NCBI GenBank assembly: GCA_019704295.1
Contig: AP024596.1
Span: 1,664,001-1,728,000 of the forward strand
Source of the DNA: Sulfolobales archaeon HS-7
Lineage (GTDB): Archaea; Thermoproteota; Thermoprotei_A; Sulfolobales; Sulfolobaceae
Length of the DNA: 64,000 bases
Direction: 5' to 3'
Numbering within the stretch: position 1 is the first letter of the stretch; every line of letters begins with the position of its first letter. The notes under the pieces are model-generated. The model was not told where the DNA came from, made no database searches, and worked only from the letters and a program-made list of their open reading frames with translations. The position numbers and the translations under genes are program-made. Positions 60,054 to 64,000 of the stretch are shown here, piece by piece.

Positions 60054-60940
60054 CTTCTTATTTTTTTAATTAGATGATCTACTATATATCCTGCTGGCAA
60101 TATTCCAGTGCCGCGCGTAAATCCCTCCCAAAGAGGCGAGGCGTTCACTTCCAATATCTTATACCCCTCACTCGACTCCACAATATCAAGTCCGGCATAG
60201 TCCAAACCCAGTGTTTCCACAGCACTTAATGACAGCTCTTCTAATTCAGATGTAATTTTTACAGTCTGAACTGTACTGCCTTGTGCTACATTGGTCTTCC
60301 AACTTGTCTGATTGATCCTGTAAACTCCGCCCAGGACCTTATCACCTACAACTATAATTCTTATATCCCTTCCTGGCTTCTCCACATATTTCTGTATATA
60401 TACGGGTTGGTTTATGGAGAGAATAGATTTCGAAACTCTGAATGCTATATCAGGGTCTCCTACTCTTACTATTCCTAATCCTAGACTACCCATAACTGGT
60501 TTTATGACCACGTTTCCCCATTCTCTGGTAAGCATCATCGCTTCCATAGGAGTTTCCACAACTGCAGTTTCGGGAACCGGTAACCCTCTTCTCTTGAGTT
60601 TTATAAGGCTTTGATATTTATCTCTAGAGTCCAGGATTCCTTTAGGGCTATTTATCAGAACTACGCCCTGATTTTCAAGTTCTTGTAACACATCTATACG
60701 TTTAACTAATTGCTCAGTTGTTGTAATGAAACCCAAACTCCTTATAATACCTCCGTCTAATTGCATGTCGTGACCGGAATACCTTATATCCAAATGGTCA
60801 GTTATCCACACGCTTAATTTAGATATCCTCAGGTAAAGCGCAGAGTAATTTCTGTCCTTGATACACATTAACAGTTGCCTAGAACTTTCAGTGACCTTAG
60901 GCGATTCATGAATAACACCAAGTCTTATTTGTCCCACCAC
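60050..60940 (-). CDS. RimK/LysX family ATP-grasp ligase
   Basis: RDK..., KPVMGSLG, DIRIIVVG, WKTNVAQG, GLD...LEVN. Confidence 0.9.
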   Translation of the reverse strand: MVGQIRLGVIHESPKVTESSRQLLMCIKDRNYSALYLRISKLSVWITDHLDIRYSGHDMQLDGGIIRSLGFITTTEQLVKRIDVLQELENQGVVLINSPKGILDSRDKYQSLIKLKRRGLPVPETAVVETPMEAMMLTREWGNVVIKPVMGSLGLGIVRVGDPDIAFRVSKSILSINQPVYIQKYVEKPGRDIRIIVVGDKVLGGVYRINQTSWKTNVAQGSTVQTVKITSELEELSLSAVETLGLDYAGLDIVESSEGYKILEVNASPLWEGFTRGTGILPAGYIVDHLIKKIRR

Positions 60941-61028
60941 GGCGAAAATTAAGGCATAAGATTAAATATTTACCTTATGCAAAATTTTTCAAAGACTCCC
61001 TCTCACTTTTTCACATTGTAGCGAAATA

Positions 61029-61523
61029 TTATTCCCTTAAGTAGAGGTATACCAGAATACCTGCAACAATAAAACCTGTGTATACTATGATATCTTGGTA
61101 GAAATTGTGTAGAAATCTACCTATAATAGCTCCTATTATAACTACTATTAAGAATCCGAACATGCCGTTTCCAAGTCTTAGAATATCCGAACCTATCTTT
61201 GGTTTTATCTGGTAAACCGCATCAATCAAGTTTATTAAAAACGGGATCAATCCGATTAGTGAAAAATAACCGAATTCCCTAATACTCGAAGAGAGTACTA
61301 GGAAAGTTGCTATCGTTAAACCCGCAGCGTATGCAGTAGAAAAGTATAAAGAAGAAATTGCGTTTTTTATTCCACTCCAGAATCTATATCTGACCATTAA
61401 AAATATAGTTATAAGAAGGCCTACCGTGCTAGACCCAATAAATAAATAAAGATTCAAAGACACTGATGTTAATGGTAAGACAACAAGTAAAAGTGAAAGC
61501 CCTAATATTTCATAACGATTCAT
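61029..61523 (-). CDS. Polytopic membrane protein of unknown function
   Basis: About six hydrophobic segments. Confidence 0.65.
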   Translation of the reverse strand: MNRYEILGLSLLLVVLPLTSVSLNLYLFIGSSTVGLLITIFLMVRYRFWSGIKNAISSLYFSTAYAAGLTIATFLVLSSSIREFGYFSLIGLIPFLINLIDAVYQIKPKIGSDILRLGNGMFGFLIVVIIGAIIGRFLHNFYQDIIVYTGFIVAGILVYLYLRE

Positions 61524-61962
61524 CGTATAAAAGTAATATAAGAGATTAATATATTCTACGCAAAAGGTGAAATACTTTAATTAATGAAAACAAATTTTGT
61601 AATTAGCTCCGTTTAGAACGCGTTGAGACTAAGAAGATTAATATTTGATCTTCTTGTAGGCAGCAAGTAAGCCCTAACTTAGTACATAACCTTATACCTC
61701 TAAGATAGACATACTAACTTTGATGTGATTCACGTCTCTTTTCCGAATTTAATTCATTTATAAAATAAGATGAATTTAATTAAATATCATCGTATGGAGT
61801 GAGTAAGGATTAGCACTCAACAATTTCCTTTATTTAATCCCTATTTACCATAACTACGATTCGCAATGGAAATCTGAATCACCTACCTTCGTTATATACA
61901 CTAAATTCTCGTACCTATTTAAAGAATAAAGTATATATTATTGCCCATAAATATCATATTCA

Positions 61963-63798
61963 ATGGCTAAAAGAAAAGGAGGTAACACTCCAGAGATAAT
62001 TCCTAGAAGGAGTTCAACGGAATTAATATTTAGAAATACCTCACTGGCGAAATCGCTAGCAAAGGGATATGAAATTAAACTAAAGCAGGCAGGACTAAGC
62101 ATAGATCCTCTGTCATATGCATCTACGATGCTATTTTACCTAATTATAGGGTCCGTGAGTGGTGTTGCAATTGCAGCTGTAGGTATCGCTTTAATTTTTA
62201 AATTCTATATATTAGCAATTGTTAAAAATCCAAAGATAATAATTATAGCTCTACCTTTAATACTCTTTGGCATGCTTATGCCAATTATTCTATACTTAGC
62301 ACTTAATGCGAATATATCTGAGAAAATTGATAAATTGAAGGTAGGATTAGATAGCGAGACCCCAATATTCTCAGCGGTCTTCCTCGTGTATATTCGATCG
62401 GGACTAAATCCTGGTTACCTTTTTGAACAGCTAGCTGAGAGTAAAGCCTTTAATAACATTAGGAAGTTCTCATCTTACATAACCAAGAGAGTAAAATACG
62501 TAGGAGGAGGAATAGAGGAAGCATTGTTATCCGCAGGTACTATTTCTCCCTCAAAGACGTTCAGAGATTTACTATTTACATACGTTACTGCTATTAGAAC
62601 TGGAGCTCCAGTTGTCAATACATTGGCTGCTAAGGCTCAAGATATTCTTAAGGACTTCGAAGTTCTCACTGAGAAAGCCGCCGATAATCTCTCAGGGCTC
62701 GCTGAAGGTTACGTTATATACCTCTCCTCTGGATATATTTTCTTCTTCTTAGCTGCGATAATGTCTGGACTGTTTCCCACATTTAAAATACCTTTACCCG
62801 TCCTAGCGATACTCGCCATATTTGTAATCCCGATGGCTAATTTTGTATTCACGTTCTGGGCGGATAAAATACAGGTTAAGTTTCCAGAAGAAACAATGAA
62901 AGCGTATAAGATTTTCTTCATATCTTTTCCAGTGGGAATTGCAGTGACAATTGTGCTTTTAGCATTAACAAAGCAATTACTACCTCTAATAACATTAACA
63001 GGGGGCCTTAACAACATTAACCTGACTTCTATAGACATAGCTGTAGGTCTAATAATAGCCTCAATTCCGCCTTATATTGAAACTAAGAAGGAATTAGGTA
63101 GTCGTTCTGGATATAACGAGTACATTGTTAGGTTTCTAAGGGCTATTGGGGAGGGACTTAGGGCTGGTCTTTCCCCTCAATCCGTGATGGAGAGACTTAG
63201 GGATGCAAGCGAAATGGGAAAGTTCAGAACTATATTATCAGAAGTTACGGCGATCCTCATGTTCGGAGTGTCCTTAAAGGACGCATTTAAGATCGGTGCG
63301 TCAAAAATAAGAGACTTCACAGCAAAAGTAGCTATGGTGTCGCTTGCTGATATGCTAGAGATAGGAAGTATGACACCTGATACAATTGAAAGTATAGCAG
63401 AACAAATTGACACCCAACTCTCTTCAGAGAAAAGGTATAGAGAGAAAATCAAAATCCTCATAATAAGCCCCTACCTTGCGATATTTCTCTCTCTATTTGC
63501 CTCAGTTGTTCTAGGCGCATCAATTGTAAAGCTATTTAGCGTAACAACACTACCAGCTTTCAGTTACGGCAATCTCGAACAAGCTATCATAGAATTACCG
63601 AGAATAACTTACGTAATAGGAATTTCTTCAATAATTAACGCTTTCTTCGCGGGGTTTTTTGTAGGTAAACTGCAAACTGGTAAGACTGCATCGGGTTTCT
63701 TACATTGTATAATACTTACAGTAATATCCACTGTTATGGTAATAATTGCGCCGCATTTAACTTTAGTATTTCCTCACACATCTACACCGACTATTTAA
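61963..63798 (+). CDS. aapF: Type IV pilus platform protein (AapF-like)
   Basis: Two GspF repeats (ETPIFSAVF..IRSG; FLRAIGEGLRAG) and GFFVGKL..G...GFLH C-terminus. Confidence 0.7.
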   Translation: MAKRKGGNTPEIIPRRSSTELIFRNTSLAKSLAKGYEIKLKQAGLSIDPLSYASTMLFYLIIGSVSGVAIAAVGIALIFKFYILAIVKNPKIIIIALPLILFGMLMPIILYLALNANISEKIDKLKVGLDSETPIFSAVFLVYIRSGLNPGYLFEQLAESKAFNNIRKFSSYITKRVKYVGGGIEEALLSAGTISPSKTFRDLLFTYVTAIRTGAPVVNTLAAKAQDILKDFEVLTEKAADNLSGLAEGYVIYLSSGYIFFFLAAIMSGLFPTFKIPLPVLAILAIFVIPMANFVFTFWADKIQVKFPEETMKAYKIFFISFPVGIAVTIVLLALTKQLLPLITLTGGLNNINLTSIDIAVGLIIASIPPYIETKKELGSRSGYNEYIVRFLRAIGEGLRAGLSPQSVMERLRDASEMGKFRTILSEVTAILMFGVSLKDAFKIGASKIRDFTAKVAMVSLADMLEIGSMTPDTIESIAEQIDTQLSSEKRYREKIKILIISPYLAIFLSLFASVVLGASIVKLFSVTTLPAFSYGNLEQAIIELPRITYVIGISSIINAFFAGFFVGKLQTGKTASGFLHCIILTVISTVMVIIAPHLTLVFPHTSTPTI

Positions 63799-63831
63799 TC
63801 TTTATATATATGTACTACAATATTATATTAA

Positions 63832-64000
63832 ATGGTACCAATAAAGTTTCCGAAAAAAAACAATAAGGTTACCATTGACACTAATAAAGAACTTAGTGAG
63901 ATGCCTTTGACGCTTATCCCGTTTTACACGATAAGTCCAGAGGAGTTAAATCAAATCGTAGCTGACTATGAAGTGGATATTACTAAAACAATCCCTAGTG
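63832..64000 (+). CDS. Probable pilus ATPase N-terminus (AapE-like), truncated by window end
   Basis: Open frame MVPIKFPKK...IVADYEVDI to window end, directly after aapF-like gene. Confidence 0.5.
   Translation, partial: MVPIKFPKKNNKVTIDTNKELSEMPLTLIPFYTISPEELNQIVADYEVDITKTIPS

Noticed and set aside
4341-63461. Many 60-150 aa ORFs antisense to or nested within clear genes
   Set aside because: Shadow frames with no independent motifs or expression signals
1-64000. CRISPR array, tRNA, rRNA, intact transposase or integrase
   Set aside because: None seen on reading; this was by eye, so tRNAscan-SE and a CRISPR finder would be needed to confirm

Overview
Chromosomal segment of a thermoacidophilic crenarchaeon (Sulfolobales, inferred from the protein families, leaderless TATA-box promoters and an aCcr1 orthologue). 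Most of it is housekeeping: Dpo4, GlmS-like, a 2-oxoacid dehydrogenase E1a/E1b/E2/E3 operon, cobA, an S53 protease, GlnA-like, EndoV, Mo-hydroxylase cutB/cutC with coxG and mocA, GTPBP1, ZPR1, Hsp20, methylmalonyl-CoA mutase and epimerase, guaAA, a RimK-family ligase and the aapF-aapE pilus genes. I saw no CRISPR array, rRNA or tRNA. Features missing from the ORF track: five clear and three weaker C/D-box guide sRNAs, the 58-aa aCcr1 regulator, a 46-aa YHS/TRASH protein, a 38-aa membrane microprotein and a tnpB/omegaRNA-like remnant with a TATA box. The most interesting signal is a possible surface-structure regulon. Two paralogous membrane-anchored C-terminal HTH proteins lie 35 kb apart. One sits between two paralogous secreted beta-rich proteins, one with a TasA-like N-terminus, next to a COG1361/MacB-type ABC operon. 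The other is divergent from an extra four-pilin type IV pilus operon. Tandem GTT(C/T)CA repeats occur in three adjacent promoters. Family assignments come from motif recognition by eye and have not been checked by database search.
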